Below, one piece after another: positions 39,274 to 53,000 of a stretch of 64,000 bases of DNA. Each line of letters opens with the position of its first letter. Within the stretch, counting starts at the first letter, position 1. This stretch comes from an uncultured Candidatus Saccharibacteria bacterium (GTDB lineage: Bacteria; Patescibacteriota; Dojkabacteria; J137), in contig CAZSKK010000001.1 in assembly GCA_964607415.1 (NCBI GenBank), forward strand, positions 196,190 to 260,189, given 5' to 3'. The position numbers and the translations under genes were made by a program. Below the pieces are notes generated by a model. That model had not been told where the DNA came from. It saw nothing but the letters and a program-made list of their open reading frames with translations, and did no database searches.

Positions 39274-40671
39274 TTGATGGGAAAATATATTTCAAAGATT
39301 AATTTACAAAATTCATTTTTAATCCTTGCATTTTTAACTTCAATCATTGCAGGTTTATTTTCCAGGATAAACATAATTGGATCATCCAATTTCTGGTATG
39401 ATGAATCTTTTTCTGGAATGCTAATGAAGGAAGACTTTATTGATCTTTATAAAATAATTATAAAAGATAAAGTTCATCCACCAATCTACTATACCCTTCT
39501 AAAAATTTGGAGTTTGCTTTTTGGAAATACTGATGTTGCCTTAAGATCCTTATCTTTAATAATAGGAATGGCTTTAATTATAGCTTCTTTCTATTTTGTC
39601 TATAAGACTTTTGGCAAAAAAGCTGCCTTAATTTCAAGTATTCTTTTTTCTTTTAGTCCGTTTTTTATTCTCTACTCTGTTGAAGCAAGATCATATATAA
39701 TGCTGGCTTTGGAATCCTTAATTTACGTATTTTTGTCAATTAGAGTTTTAAAAAAGAAAATATCGAATTTTGAAATTTTATTTAAAGATAAAGATTTCAG
39801 AGCATTTATGCTTCTTAGTATAGTTTTGGTTTTTACACACTTTTTGAGTGTTTTGTTAATGGTTCCAATTGGTATCTTATTTTTATTAAGTATTAAAAAA
39901 AGCTTTGGAAAAGCTATTTTGGCGAGCTTGATTTTTTTGGGATTTGTTTTAATTGTCAATGGAGTTATTACAGAAACTTACAGGATTGTTCCAGAAGAAT
40001 ATACACACACTCATTGGCTTTCTGATCCAGTACCATGGGATATGGGTGAAATGTTTTATTCATTTTTACTTGGTGTAGATTCGCAATCTTTAGGTGATCC
40101 ACAATCTTTCAAAATACAGAATGTAAATGAGGGCGATTTTAATTATGACTTTATTTATGGTACGTTGCTTATTTTGATTATGATTCCCGCTACATATTTA
40201 AGCATAAAATCAAAAGATGAAAATTTAAAACAACTTTCAAGGTTATTTACAGTTAGTACACTTTTTGTTGTAGTAGTATCACTATTTGGAATTAATTTTT
40301 TTCTACCTAGATACCTGATGGTTTTGGCAGTGTTATTTATTATTTGGATCAGTGCAGCTTTATCAAAGATTAAATTTAAATTTGGGCTTTTAATAACAGC
40401 TTTATATCTTGCCACATTAACTCAGGTTGTATGGTTTGACTCCAACAGAAATTATGACGAAATTGTCCAAGGAGTGTTGGATACAGATAAAAGAGTTGTA
40501 TTTGAATCTCCTTTTGATTTTTTAACAACAAAATACTACATAAATGGTAAGAAAAAAATCTACTTTCTTGATGGTGTTAAAACTCAAATGTACCAAGGTA
40601 GCTGGGGGTATTTTGATGAAGACGAGCTGGTATATGAATTAAAGCCTGACGACTATTACGTGGAAGACTAA
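39274..40671 (+). CDS. Glycosyltransferase family 39 / PMT_2-type (ArnT-like) membrane glycosyltransferase
   Basis: N-terminal ...YDESFSGMLMKEDF...VHPPIYYTLLKIW... followed by many TM helices. Confidence 0.55.
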   Translation: MMGKYISKINLQNSFLILAFLTSIIAGLFSRINIIGSSNFWYDESFSGMLMKEDFIDLYKIIIKDKVHPPIYYTLLKIWSLLFGNTDVALRSLSLIIGMALIIASFYFVYKTFGKKAALISSILFSFSPFFILYSVEARSYIMLALESLIYVFLSIRVLKKKISNFEILFKDKDFRAFMLLSIVLVFTHFLSVLLMVPIGILFLLSIKKSFGKAILASLIFLGFVLIVNGVITETYRIVPEEYTHTHWLSDPVPWDMGEMFYSFLLGVDSQSLGDPQSFKIQNVNEGDFNYDFIYGTLLILIMIPATYLSIKSKDENLKQLSRLFTVSTLFVVVVSLFGINFFLPRYLMVLAVLFIIWISAALSKIKFKFGLLITALYLATLTQVVWFDSNRNYDEIVQGVLDTDKRVVFESPFDFLTTKYYINGKKKIYFLDGVKTQMYQGSWGYFDEDELVYELKPDDYYVED

Positions 40672-40732
40672 GAATAGAGTAAATATAAAGTTATTCCTAG
40701 ATGATTTGACATTGTTTTGAGCTTTACTCTTA

Positions 40733-41362
40733 TTATTTAGCTCTTACTGCAAGCTTATTGTTAATCCAAGTAAATAGCGCTCCCATTAACAAGAAAAAAA
40801 CACTCATTGCAACTATATTTACAGTTAATTCCCATGCAGTAAGTTCAGATGCATCGATGAATGGATAAGGATAAAAGTTAGTTATTGCTCCTCTAATCAT
40901 TGTGTATATAAAATAAATTACTGGATATAAAAACCAATATCTGGAAACCTTATAGCTTAAGACTTTTTTGGGAAGAAATAACAAAAAGTAAAGTAAAAAT
41001 AACAGAGGAGTTACGTAATGTAATAATGCATCAGCAATAAATGCTAGCCCTTTAGGATCCCAAGCTTCAGTCAGTAATGTTGCGTAAACAATTCCTGTGA
41101 TTAAAATATTAATTAATGTTCCAAGTAAAATAAAATTCTCTGCCTTGGTATATTTTCTCTGGTATATTAATAAATATCCACTAGCCATTACCACCAATAT
41201 ATTACTTTGAATTGTGAAGTAACTGATTGCATTTGAAAGTGTAAAATCTAATCTTCCTGCAGGATTATCGCGCAAGTTTATGAAAGTTATTAAAATAAGC
41301 CCCATAATAGCTGATGTTAAAGTAAGCCCTAATAACAATCTTGATACGTTTGTTTGCCTCAT
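40733..41362 (-). CDS. Integral membrane protein (six TM), unknown function
   Basis: 209-aa ORF. Confidence 0.4.
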   Translation of the reverse strand: MRQTNVSRLLLGLTLTSAIMGLILITFINLRDNPAGRLDFTLSNAISYFTIQSNILVVMASGYLLIYQRKYTKAENFILLGTLINILITGIVYATLLTEAWDPKGLAFIADALLHYVTPLLFLLYFLLFLPKKVLSYKVSRYWFLYPVIYFIYTMIRGAITNFYPYPFIDASELTAWELTVNIVAMSVFFLLMGALFTWINNKLAVRAK

Positions 41363-41646
41363 TGGTTTACTTTAAAAATTAGATTAACTTATTCTCTCAT
41401 AAATTAGAAGTGATATTAAGTTCATAAATGTTATTTAGACTAAAGGCTAATGGTTTTGTGCATGCAACATGCAGTGTAGCGCAAAGTGGATGCTCTTTAC
41501 TATTAATGCAATATGGGTTATTGTTTAAGTAGCACATAGAGTATAGCCATTAGCAGATAGTTTTAAACTTTATTTTAATTTTCTATTCGCTACATGCTAT
41601 CAGCTATAAACTGGGTATTATCTATTACTTATTAGCTATTTAATAT

Positions 41647-42261
41647 ATGGCAGAGAAATCTTCTCCAAAAGCTGAAACTCCTACAGCAACAAACGTAGAG
41701 TCTAAGCCAAAAAAGGGCAATAAAATGCTTTTCATAATTATTGCAGTTATTGTTGCAGCTTGCGTAATTTGTTCAGGTATAGGTTTTGTCGTAACAGTTG
41801 TGTTAGATAAAGCTGGAGACGAAATAGAGGATGAGCTTGATGATATTAATGAAGATTCAATTGAAGACAGCATTGAGGATAGTCTTGAAGATAGTTTTGA
41901 AGGTGATTCAGATGCAGATGTTGATTTTGATTTTGATGGTGGAGCAGATTTACCTGAAGGGTTTCCATCAGAAATAAAGATGTATGATGACACAAAGATT
42001 TCATCATCAACTAGAGTAAAGGATGACAATGGTAATTATGAATATACAGTAATTGCAACTGCAGATGCAAGTGCTGAAGACGTAATTGACTTTTTTAAAG
42101 ATAGCTTGGATGGAAAGGGATGGGAAGTTACATCAGAGTCTAATATTTTTGGTTCATCTTTAACAATGGAAAAAAACGGCATGACTTTGACTGTTGTTGC
42201 CTTCGGTGATTTTACAGGAGGTGACGGTTCTACTTATACTTTAACTTTAGTTGAAGAATAA
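41647..42261 (+). CDS. Membrane-anchored acidic protein
   Basis: TM segment LFIIIAVIVAACVICSGIGFVVTVV followed by Asp/Glu-rich repeats (DSIEDSIEDSLEDSFEGD). Confidence 0.45.
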   Translation: MAEKSSPKAETPTATNVESKPKKGNKMLFIIIAVIVAACVICSGIGFVVTVVLDKAGDEIEDELDDINEDSIEDSIEDSLEDSFEGDSDADVDFDFDGGADLPEGFPSEIKMYDDTKISSSTRVKDDNGNYEYTVIATADASAEDVIDFFKDSLDGKGWEVTSESNIFGSSLTMEKNGMTLTVVAFGDFTGGDGSTYTLTLVEE

Positions 42262-42292
42262 GATAATTTAACGGCTAGTTCGGAGAAACTTA

Positions 42293-42342
42293 AAGCCGCT
42301 CAACACTTTCTAATTAAAAAGATTGCGTTGAGCGGCTTTTTA
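42293..42342 (+). terminator. Rho-independent terminator (long-loop hairpin)
   Basis: AAAGCCGCTCAAC ... GTTGAGCGGCTTTTTAT. Confidence 0.45.
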
Positions 42343-42449
42343 TGGTTTTAAATAAAGTTGTACGATAGCATTTGTATATACTTGTTCTATACCTTGCATT
42401 CTGAAAATTCTTTCTTTGTGGTATAATAAATAGCATTATCACTGGCGCT

Positions 42450-42869
42450 ATGACTATAAGCTTACCGTTAGAAATACTCTCAATTTATGAATTAAATTCT
42501 TTTGAAAGAGTTTACGTTCCCGATAATCATAAAGCGTCAGTTCAAATAAATGAAGTTGCAAAAAAGCTTATTGGCTTGGGGTATTCCGTTAAGGCTTGTG
42601 AAGAATCGTTTGGAGAAAGTAATGAACATTTGTTTTTGGTCCCTAAAAATTCTAAACCGCTAAGTAAAATTTTTTTTATTCAGCAAAATCCTGATTATCA
42701 CGATTCTACATCAACTCTTATTTCACATATATTGAATGATGAACATTTGAAAAGTTTGATTGAAGCTAATGGAAATTATATTTTCTTTAATCCCGAAGTG
42801 TCAAACCCTAATAAGCCTGAAGGTGAAATTTTAATTCTTCAACCTTTTGGCAATGAATCCGAATCATGA
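42450..42869 (+). CDS. Hypothetical protein
   Basis: 139 aa. Overlaps the next gene, suggesting an operon. Confidence 0.4.
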   Translation: MTISLPLEILSIYELNSFERVYVPDNHKASVQINEVAKKLIGLGYSVKACEESFGESNEHLFLVPKNSKPLSKIFFIQQNPDYHDSTSTLISHILNDEHLKSLIEANGNYIFFNPEVSNPNKPEGEILILQPFGNESES

Positions 42870-44010
42870 TTTACCTCCTATAAGTCCTTATAAAAGTATG
42901 TTTGAATACCCTGAAAGGGAGATGGTTTCTATGCTATCTGAACTTTTAGGAACTGAAGTTTTACCATCATCAAGTTCTAACTATGAGTTGAAGAAGAGCT
43001 CCTTTTCATGTGTTTCAAGATTGGATTTTAATATAGTTTTCGAATTGGCTAACTGCAATGTCCAACAAATATTCGAAAATTGTGAATTACACTTTACCAG
43101 TGACGAATTTCAAAGAAAAGTATGCGCCGACATCACTATAGCGCAAACTGTTTTTTACCAATTAAGAAAAGAATTTAAGAGTGGCGAGTTGGTCGATTTT
43201 GATATAAAAAATGTGTTTGAGGTCTTTCCTAATCTAATTACGATGGGTATTAGTGGAAAAGAAATATTAGATTTTTTTAGAGAAAGAGGTCAGTATCCAA
43301 TTGTTAAGTCCCTTTTTTTAGAAGAACTTGCAAGTGGACGCTTTGAGTATAAATTGTCATTTGCCTGTAAAGCGATGAACATAAAAAACGAATATAAGCT
43401 AAGAAATGAAGTTAGTATGTATAGCCAATTTTTTGAAAATGGACTAGCTACATTTTGCGCTAGCGAAAAAGTTCTTGTAAATGAAGAAAAAAACTTAAGT
43501 TATAACTTTACATTTTGGAGAAAAAATATGTTTTTACACGTTCATAACAAATCAATTTTCTCTGCAGCTTCTGGTACTTTAGAAAAAACAAACCAAGCCT
43601 TACTTCTTATGCACGAAAGATTCTTCCATTGTGACTTACATTTTCATAATATAGCTACTACTGAAGATTTCGAAGAGTTTGAGGAAAATATTTTACTGTA
43701 TGATTTGATTAGTGCTTATGTTATAAAATCATTTGCAAATCTTGGTGAGTCTATATTACCTGACGTAATAGTCTATTTGGGTAGTTTAACTTCGTCGTTT
43801 AATTTATTGTTTGAAGAGGGAGTTATTGGTGTTGATGACGCAATGCATACTATAAAAGTGATGCAAGAATATAAAGAAGGTCTGAAAAAACTTTGTCTTA
43901 ATCAACCTAATGCCCTATTCAGGATGGACAACAATATAATTAAGCAATTGGAGATTGAAGTTGAAGCATTTATAGAAAATGTAAGGTATTTTTTAAATCA
44001 AATAAACTGA
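42847..44010 (+). CDS. Hypothetical protein, possibly kinase-like (APH/choline-kinase fold)
   Basis: HCDLHFHNI resembles the H-x-D-x-H-x-x-N catalytic loop of that fold. Weak evidence. Confidence 0.35.
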   Translation: MAMNPNHDLPPISPYKSMFEYPEREMVSMLSELLGTEVLPSSSSNYELKKSSFSCVSRLDFNIVFELANCNVQQIFENCELHFTSDEFQRKVCADITIAQTVFYQLRKEFKSGELVDFDIKNVFEVFPNLITMGISGKEILDFFRERGQYPIVKSLFLEELASGRFEYKLSFACKAMNIKNEYKLRNEVSMYSQFFENGLATFCASEKVLVNEEKNLSYNFTFWRKNMFLHVHNKSIFSAASGTLEKTNQALLLMHERFFHCDLHFHNIATTEDFEEFEENILLYDLISAYVIKSFANLGESILPDVIVYLGSLTSSFNLLFEEGVIGVDDAMHTIKVMQEYKEGLKKLCLNQPNALFRMDNNIIKQLEIEVEAFIENVRYFLNQIN

Positions 44011-44015
44011 TTATG

Positions 44016-44052
44016 AAGCGGCCGTGAAGTTAATTCACGGCCGCTTTTTTTC
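44016..44052. terminator. Bidirectional rho-independent terminator between convergent genes
   Basis: GAAGCGGCCGTGAA-GTTAA-TTCACGGCCGCTTTTTTT with A-rich sequence on the other side. Confidence 0.6.
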
Positions 44053-44076
44053 TCACACTAAACCCTAACCCTTTTT

Positions 44077-47000
44077 TTAAAGTTTTGTGTGGCTATAACT
44101 AGCAACTGCACCACCACCTGCCTCATAATATTCAACTCTTACTGTATGTTCTCCTGCTGTCATTGTTCGGTTAACATCATAGTTTGTTCCTCCATGATCA
44201 GTCCAGAAATCTATAACCAAAACATCGTCGACATAGACCCTTATACCATCATCACTGTAGGTGTGAAATCTATATGTTCCAGCATCAAAGTTAAACTTAC
44301 CATACCATTTTGCAGAAAAATTATCAGTTGCTACTCCATTACCAGGCCCACCTCCGCCCCAGTCAAGATGAAAGCTGGATGCGTTAATGGAAGTACTGTA
44401 TGTCAACATTTGTGCCCATGGAGTAGTTGTTCCATTATAGTACTCTGCGCAGAATTGACCTGTCGGCAAGTTGCAAACTGGTGTGCTGTTGTTTCTCCAT
44501 ACAAGTTTCGAAATAGCTCCACCACCCTTTTCATAAAACTCCATTCTGATTTTATGAGAACCTGCTGGCAAAGTTATATATCCATAATCATATGTGCTTC
44601 CATGGTCTGTCCAGTTATTAATAATTAGTGTATCATTTACCCAAAGTCTGACACCATCATCAGTTAAAGTTCTAAATGTGTATGCTCCAGCAGTTAAAGT
44701 GTAATAACCTTCCCATCTAACAGAAAAATTATCGTTGCTTATTCCATTACCTGGTCCACCTCCGCCCCAGTCGTAGTTAATACTTCCTGTACAATTTGTA
44801 TATATTACATTTGCACTTAAGGTAGTATTATAGTAATAAGAACCTCTAAAGTTATTTTCTGCGCAGTAACCTGCTCTAACAGCAACCTGATTTTCAGCAA
44901 ATAACCCTCCGCTATCAGTTACCCTAAAGGTTAAATTTTCTACTCCATACCAGCTTGAAGGATAGGATATTGTAGCTGTATCACCTATAAATGAAACTTG
45001 GATATTTGTATTTCCACTTACGCTCCAGGTCGAAGTATCACCTACGTCTGGATCTGATCTATAGCTTGCAAGATTAACCTGTTTTGAATATTGGCTGAAT
45101 AAAAGTGATTGATCAGGAATATCTTGTAGTACTGGTGCATGATTTACATTATTTACCTGAAATAGTGCTGAATCGCTGTCTGATAAATTCCCAGAATCAG
45201 TTGCAGTAAATGTGATTGTTTCGCTTCCCGTCCAGTTTGCGGGATAAGTTACAGTAGCTACATTCTCTTGATTAATTGAAACTGTAAGATTTGTATTTCC
45301 AGAATTTGACCACGTTACTGTATCATTAGGATCCATTACATAATTATCAAGATCAAATGTTGTAAAATTTGAACCTGCATCAATTACTTGATCTAGAATA
45401 TCAGAAACTACTGGAGCACTATTTAATTGAGTAACTGTAAAAATTACATCCTTTGATGTGGACAAGTTTGTGCTGTCGGTAGCAATAAATGTAATGGTCT
45501 CTGCCCCCAACCAGTTCTGAGGATATGTAATAGTCACAACTTTATCCGAATCCATAGCTACGTTTAAGCTTGATTGACCCGAATATGACCACGTTATGGT
45601 GTCGTTAGGATTAATATCTGTCACATAATCATCCAAATCAAATAGTTGAAAATTTTCACTACCTGATATTGTCTGTCCTTGCAAGCCTTGAATTACTGGA
45701 GGTTCATTTGTAGCTATTGCTAAATTTGTAAGTATTTTTGCATTGCCATCCAGTTCTAAATATTCAACTTTTATATTGTGAAATCCTGGTGTCAAGCTTA
45801 CAAAAGAATTTATTACTGATGGTCCAGTGTACCATTCATCCAGTATAAGTGTGTTATCAATCCAAACTTTAGCACCATCGTCAAAATCTATGTTGTAAAT
45901 ATATGTACCTGCTTCAGAGATTTGAACAAAGCCATCAAATCTTACAGAAAAGTTATTTGTAACTCCTGGATTTGGGCAAGAAAAGGTGCTAACCACTTGC
46001 GCCAAAGTTACCTCTCCAGTTAAAGATTCGCATGTCAAAACTTTTATGTACCCATTGCCACCAATTCCTCCAGCACCTGCAGGAGAACCACCGCTACTTC
46101 CTCCTAATCCACCATTGGCTTGTACAAGATTGGATCCAATATCCATGATATTTGCTTTTAGAATGACAGTTCCTCCAGCTCCTGCACCACCACCACCAGA
46201 TCTTCCATAAATATTTTCTGGTGGAGGGTTATTATATGACCCATTACCACCATCGGTACCTTTTGCCACGACTACACCAGAGCTAGAAATGTTTAACTTA
46301 TATGCCTCAATAATAATTATTCCACCTCCATTTCCACCTGTACCTCCAAGGTTTGAGTAAGCTCTTCCTCCTCCACCTCCAGCACCACCAAGTAATGCTT
46401 TATTTACATCAGGATTAGTTACTGCACTTCCAGCAATGCCTGGTGGATTAGCTCCCCCGTTGGCACCATTTGCTCCTGCTGTAGCATTTCCACCACCTGC
46501 GCCACCTGGACCACCTTCTAATGCATTGGTTCCACCTCCACCACCATTTGCATTGTTATACCATTGGTTTATTATTTGACCATTTATGCTTTCACCAGTT
46601 TTTCCATAAGAGCTTAAATCGCTTACTCCACCTCTATATCCTTTTCCGTTTACATCAACTATTCCATTAATTAATATTTGATCTCTAACTTTAAATGCCA
46701 TTACACCTCCCGTTGATCCATCCCATGGATGTACAGTTAATGTTCCATTTACTGTAAGATTGTTGTATTCATTAACTTTTAGTAGTTGAACTTTATTATT
46801 TGTATCAGCTGTATAGCTATTTATTATTCCGGATTCTAAGGTTAAAGTATTGCCGGCAATATTTGTAATTTTCCCAAATTCATACGTTCCCGTTCCAGAT
46901 CCTTGCATTTGAATTATCAAAATCTCATTACCAATTGCGAATCCTGCTGAATTTGAAACTGAGACTTGGCTTGCACCAGCATTTAGTGTAGTTGTAACAC

Positions 47001-50000
47001 TCGTTCTAATGTCATCGGTATAGCTTGTTACACCTGAAGCTACAGTTAAATCGCCATCAGTTCCATTACCGGGTCTTTGCATTGCTGGAAAGCCTTCTGG
47101 CCCACCGCTACCCCAATCATAGTTAACGCCCGGAACACAGTTTACAAATGAAGGGTCTCCGCTCAGTCCAGTATTATTGAAGAACTCAGCATTATATTCA
47201 CCTTCATTACAAAGACCTCCCGCAAAAGTTGCCGTATCTTCAACAAATTCATTGTCTTCATCGGTAATTCGGAATGTTATATTTTCTGATCCCAACCAAT
47301 TAGCTGGCTTAGTTATTGTTACAATATTTCCTGCGTCTATATTCACGGTAAGCTCAGTGTTTCCAGTATAAGACCAACTAACCTGTTGATAGGTATTAGG
47401 ATCTGATCCAAAGTTATCTAAATCAAAGCTCTCAAATTCGTTATTCACTCCAACCAGTTGATTAGGAATATCAGAAATGGTTGGTGGGGTATTCTCGATT
47501 TCTATAATATTCATATCTATTTCTGCAGTTAAATCGTTCTCAAAGTATTCAACTTTAAGCGTATGTGTCCCAGCTAAGATTTCCGAAACTTCGCTAATGG
47601 TTTTGGCTCCATTGGTCCATTCATCTATAATTAAGTTTTGATCTAACCAAACTCTTACACCATCATCAACATTCAAGTTAAATTGGTAGGTTCCTGTGGT
47701 GAACTCTTGTGACTTTTCCCATCTTGCTGAGAATGTATCTATTTCGCAAGCGGCTTGAGTTTGATTTAAAGTTGGGCTGGTTGTTCCTGTTGTGCTATTA
47801 CAGTATTGAATTGCAATTCGTCCAACACCTCCTGCACCACCAGGTCTATTACCTCCACCTACTCCACCCAAAGCTACTACTTTATTTGTACCCAAATTTG
47901 CGTTTTCAACCTCTAACTTTATAGAACCACCAGCTCCAGCCCCTCCTCCAAAGTGAGTTGCATGAATTCCACCATCATTCCCACGAGATGTTATTTGTCC
48001 GTTTACAGTTAAAGTTTTAGCTGCAATACCAATAATTCCACCACCATTTCCTCCTGCTTGTCCATTTTCCATTCCTCCTCCACCTGAAGCTGCTGCTCCT
48101 CCTCCGCCACCAAAATTCAGCTTAGATAGGTCAGCTGTTCCTACTGCATTACCTCCTTGAGAACTGTTAGAATGTCCTCCAAGTCCGGCTGTTCCATTAC
48201 CTCCTCCAGCACCGCCATTGTTGTCAGGTTCTCTACCACCACCACCACCATTTGTAGTAGCAACATTTGTCCTTGCACTAGCTAGAGGCATAGAAGCTTC
48301 GCCTGCATATCCATAATGTGGTCCTTGCGGTGCATTGGTTTGTGCTCCTCCTCTGAATCCTTTTCCTTGTGCAGATATTGTTCCATTTACAGTTATGGTG
48401 CCATTAGCATAAAAGTATAGAATACCACCAACTGCACCGTTCCATGCCTTAGCTGAAAGAGTAGCACCATTATTGATAGTAACGTTTGAATATTGCTTTA
48501 TTACCAAAACTTGTGCAATATTCCCTGCTCCATCAGTAGCATAACTAATATTTAAAGGATCTTTTACAGTTATAGTTCCTGGAGAATAAGCTACAATCTC
48601 ATTTATTTGATAAGTACCATAGTTAGTTCCAATTGTTTGATGTATTAAGATTTTTTGTCCAGTTGCAAAGTTTGGATTTGTAGAATAAAGAGTTGTTGTT
48701 CCTTGCAATCCCGATGTTTGAGCATCAATTGGATTATCTATTGTATCTGTGCTTATTATCAACTCTCCATCTTGTCCATTCCCAAACTTATCAGATGAAA
48801 CTGGCCCACCTGCACCCCAGTTATGCGTAAGAGCACTCTCACACCCAATAACTTCAGGAGTACCTTGCAATGTTGTATTATTGTAATATTGAGTTTTAAA
48901 TTCACCAATATTACACTCCAAAACTTCATATCTTACTGTTTGGGAATTTTTTGCACCCCATGAATCTTCAGCTTCAAAAGTAATATTTTCAACCCCAAAC
49001 CAACCTACAGGATAAGTAATTGTAACTATATTATCTTGATCTTTTTGAACAGAAAGTGAAGAGTTCCCAGTATACGACCACGTGATAGGATCGTTATCTG
49101 CATCTGATCCAAATGTATCTAGATCAAAAGTTGCGAATTGTGTTGTTTGCCCTATGGTTTGATTTTGAATTCCACTTACAATTGGTGCATTATTTGTGAA
49201 TGGGTATATTGCAAGATCAATATCTGCAGCACCAGTTGAATCAAAATATTCAACCTTAATGTCGTGATAGCCTTGAGTTAAAGTTAACTCAGCTTGAGTA
49301 TCAGTTTGGCCTATAATCCAACTATCTATAAGAATGTTGTTGTCAACCCATAGTCTAACACCATCATCAGACTGTAAAGTGAATGCATAGCTTCCAGCAT
49401 TAAAGTATTGAATCTTATTCCATCTTGCAGAGAAATTATCTTTAGCACAAGATGTTATTGTGTTTGGGTTACTAGTTACACTTCCAGTTACACTGTTACA
49501 AGTATATGTCATTATTCTGCCTGAACCTCCTACACCACCATTTCCTGCTCCATTAGCACCTGCTCCCCCTCCGGCTCCACCAGCATGTAAAACAGAGTTT
49601 GAAGTAAAGTTTTTGGCTCTAAGTTTAATTGAACCTCCTGAACCACCACCACCACCTCCACAATTACTGCTAGAATTACCACCTGCTATTCCATTGACAT
49701 TAACTGTTCCATCTACTGTAAGATTACCTGTAATTTCCATTAATAATGCTCCCCCACCTGCTCCCCCTTCACAACCTCCAGGGTTTGGTGGATCTTTTGC
49801 TCTACCACCTGCTCCCCCTCCAGAACCTAAGTAAAGTTCATCAACAAGAGCCGTTCCGTAAGTTGCACCTGCACTTCCTCCTGCGGCACCGCTAACCGAA
49901 ACGCCATTTGCTCCAACGGTTGCATATGAACCACCACCTCCTCCTCCACCAACATCTGGACCTCTTCTACCTCCTCCACCAGAACCTGCTCCACCATTTA

Positions 50001-53000
50001 GCGCACCAGATGGTGAAGGACCTTCGTTTCCCCAGGTATGTATCCATGGGATTTGCCCTCCTGTATAAGATTCACCGCTTTGACCTGTAACTGCATCATC
50101 ATCACCTTCTTCGTTTCTGTATGGTTTACCACCTCTAAAGCCTTTACCTGATAATTCTATCGTACCTGTTGAGGAAACATTTGCATTATTTGCTTTTATT
50201 GCAAGGATACCTCCAACATCACCATTCCATGCATTTATAGTAAGTGTTCCTTGAATAGTAATTTGGCCGTATTTTTCAATCTTTATAACTTGAGCCTTGT
50301 TATTCGTTCCAACCGTATATGTATTTGTTAAATTTGTTCTTAAAGTCAAACTATTTGATGTTATTGAATCAATTCTTGCATATTCATATTTACCTGCATT
50401 TGTTCCCATCATTTGAATTACTAAGACTTCATCATTAACTGCAAAACCTGATGTACTTGATACGGTAATTGCACTCTGACCGCTATTTGCAGTTGCTGTA
50501 ATCTTACTTTCAACTGTATTTGCTGTATATGTTGTATTTGCGGCAACATTTAAGTCTGGAAGGCTTGAATCAATAGGGCCTTCATTTCCCCAATCATGAG
50601 TTACACTAGGTTCACAGATGCTGAATTCTGCTTCACCTTGTAAATTGTTATTTAGAAAGTACTCTCCTTTGTACTGATCTAGATTACAAGGTGTTACTTT
50701 AAATATTGCAGTATCGGTATCAAATCGATTATAAATATCAACTGCCTTAAAAGTTAGTGTTTCTTCACCCGACCATCCTTGTGGTTTAGCAATTGAAACA
50801 ATATTTTCGGAATCCTTAGATACAATTAGGTTTACGTTTCCAGTAATTTCCCATGTTACAGGATCATTATTTGGATCAGTTACTAAAGTATCTAGGTCAA
50901 ATGTTGCAAAAGTATCATTTATACCTATTAATTGATCAGTAATGTCGCTTACTACTGGAGCTTCATTAGTTGAAGGAGAAACACTAAATAAAATGTTAGC
51001 GTTTTCTGTTGCTTCAAAGTATTCAACTTTAAGATTATGCAATCCTTCGGTAAGAGTAACTTCCACTTGGTTTTCATTAACCCCTGAGTTCCAATCGTCA
51101 ATTACAATATTATTATCAATCCAAGCTCTAATTCCATCATCAGATTGGCTGGATATAAAGTAATTGCCAGCTACGAAGCTATCAGTTTTGCTCCACCTTG
51201 CAGAAAAATTATCTTTTGCACAAGAAGTTTGAGTATTTGGTGTGGTTGTTATGTTCCCTGTCAGTTCGTTGCAGCTGTAAGTCATTACTCTTCCAGCTCC
51301 TCCATTTCCTCCATTCCCCCCACCGTTGCCTGTGCCTCCCACTCCACCATTTACATAAATAGTAGAGTTTGAAATAAAGTTTTTAGAAATAAGCTTAACA
51401 GATCCTCCAGCACCTCCTCCGCCTCCTCCACAATTATTATGACTACTTCCTCCACCAATTCCATTTGAGTTCATTGCACCGTCAAGTGTGAATGTTTCTG
51501 CTGCTTCAATCAATATAACACCTCCACCTACTCCACCATCACAGTAAATTGGATGAGGTGGATCCTTTGCTCTACCACCTGCTCCCCCTCCAGAACCCAA
51601 GTAAAGTTCGTCAACAAGTACATTTCCATGTACTGTTCCTGCACTTCCGCCAGCAGCTCCACTTGAAGTTATGCCGTTTGTGCCAGCTGTACCGTATGAA
51701 CCACCACCACCGCCTCCTCCTGTATCAGGACCTCTTCTACCTCCTCCACCAGAACCTGCTCCTCCATTTAGCGCACCTGATGGTGAAGGACCTTCTCCAC
51801 CCCAAGTATGGATCCAAGGAATTTGGCTACCTGTGTAAGATTCACCGCTTTGACCTGTAGCCGAATCATCCTCTCCTAGTTCATTTCTGTAAACTTTACC
51901 ACCTCTAAACCCTTTTCCAGATAATTCTATATTTCCAGTTGATGAAACGTTTACATTATTTGCTTTTATTGCAAGGATACCTCCAATATCACCGTTCCAT
52001 GCGTCAACTGTAAGTGTTCCGTCAACATTTACTTGATCGTATTTTTCAACTTTTATAACCTGTGCTTTATTGTTTGTACCCACTGTATAAGTATTTGTTA
52101 GATTTGTTGTGAGAGCCAAATCAGTAGCTGTTAGTGATGCAATTCGTGCGTATTCGTACTTACCGGCATTGGTCCCCATCATTTGAATAACTAAAACTTC
52201 GTCATCGATTGCAAATCCACCGGTATTTACTAGGGACACAATATTTTGTGCTCCTGTTGCTGTTGTTGTTAGTTTTGATTTAACATAATTTGCAACATGA
52301 GTTGTATTTTGTGTAACTGTAAGATCAGGCTGTGCAAGATCAGTAGGTCCCTCTAAAGACCAGTTATGATTTACATTTTGCTCACACTCTCTAAATGCTG
52401 GGCTTCCTTGTAGGTTATTATTAAAATAGTATTCGGTTTCATAAGCCCCTGCAGTACAATCAATACTGATTAGATGTGTGTCTGAAACAGTGCTACTTGC
52501 ATTTGAAACAGTAACACTGATTTGTTTTTCACCATAATCAAAGAATTTGTATGTTGCTGTTGCAGTGCCTTGGCCGGATTGTGGTGTAGGTATCCAATTG
52601 TAATTTATTGGAACTGTTGCATTGCCAGGATTAAAGCCTGCATTAAAAATATAATCAGTTTCTACTGTTCCAGAAACTGCTCCAGTTATTGTTACATCGG
52701 TTAGAGTAATATCCTGGACTCTAAAGCTCCAAGTTGGGCTCCAGCTTCCTTCCCCAAAATCATTCCAAGATTTAACTCTCCAATAATATGGATTTACAGA
52801 TGGAGTTAAGTCAGTTTTTGTCCAGTATGTTAATGTATTTATGCCCCTTCTTATTGGTTGGGATAAGTTGCCTCCCGACAATTCGATATCATAGTCATAC
52901 CCATTTCCAAACCATTGCATTGTTACAGTGCTTCCTGTTGGATATAGAGTTCCGTTAGAAGGTATAACATTTGTTGGTGCTAATGGTGCTGGTGGACATG

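Noticed and set aside
41640-42029. Minus-strand Ser-rich ORF 41640-42029
   Set aside because: It is antisense to the Asp/Glu-rich repeat region of the better-supported plus-strand gene 41647-42261 (GAN codons read as NTC/Ser-like on the opposite strand).
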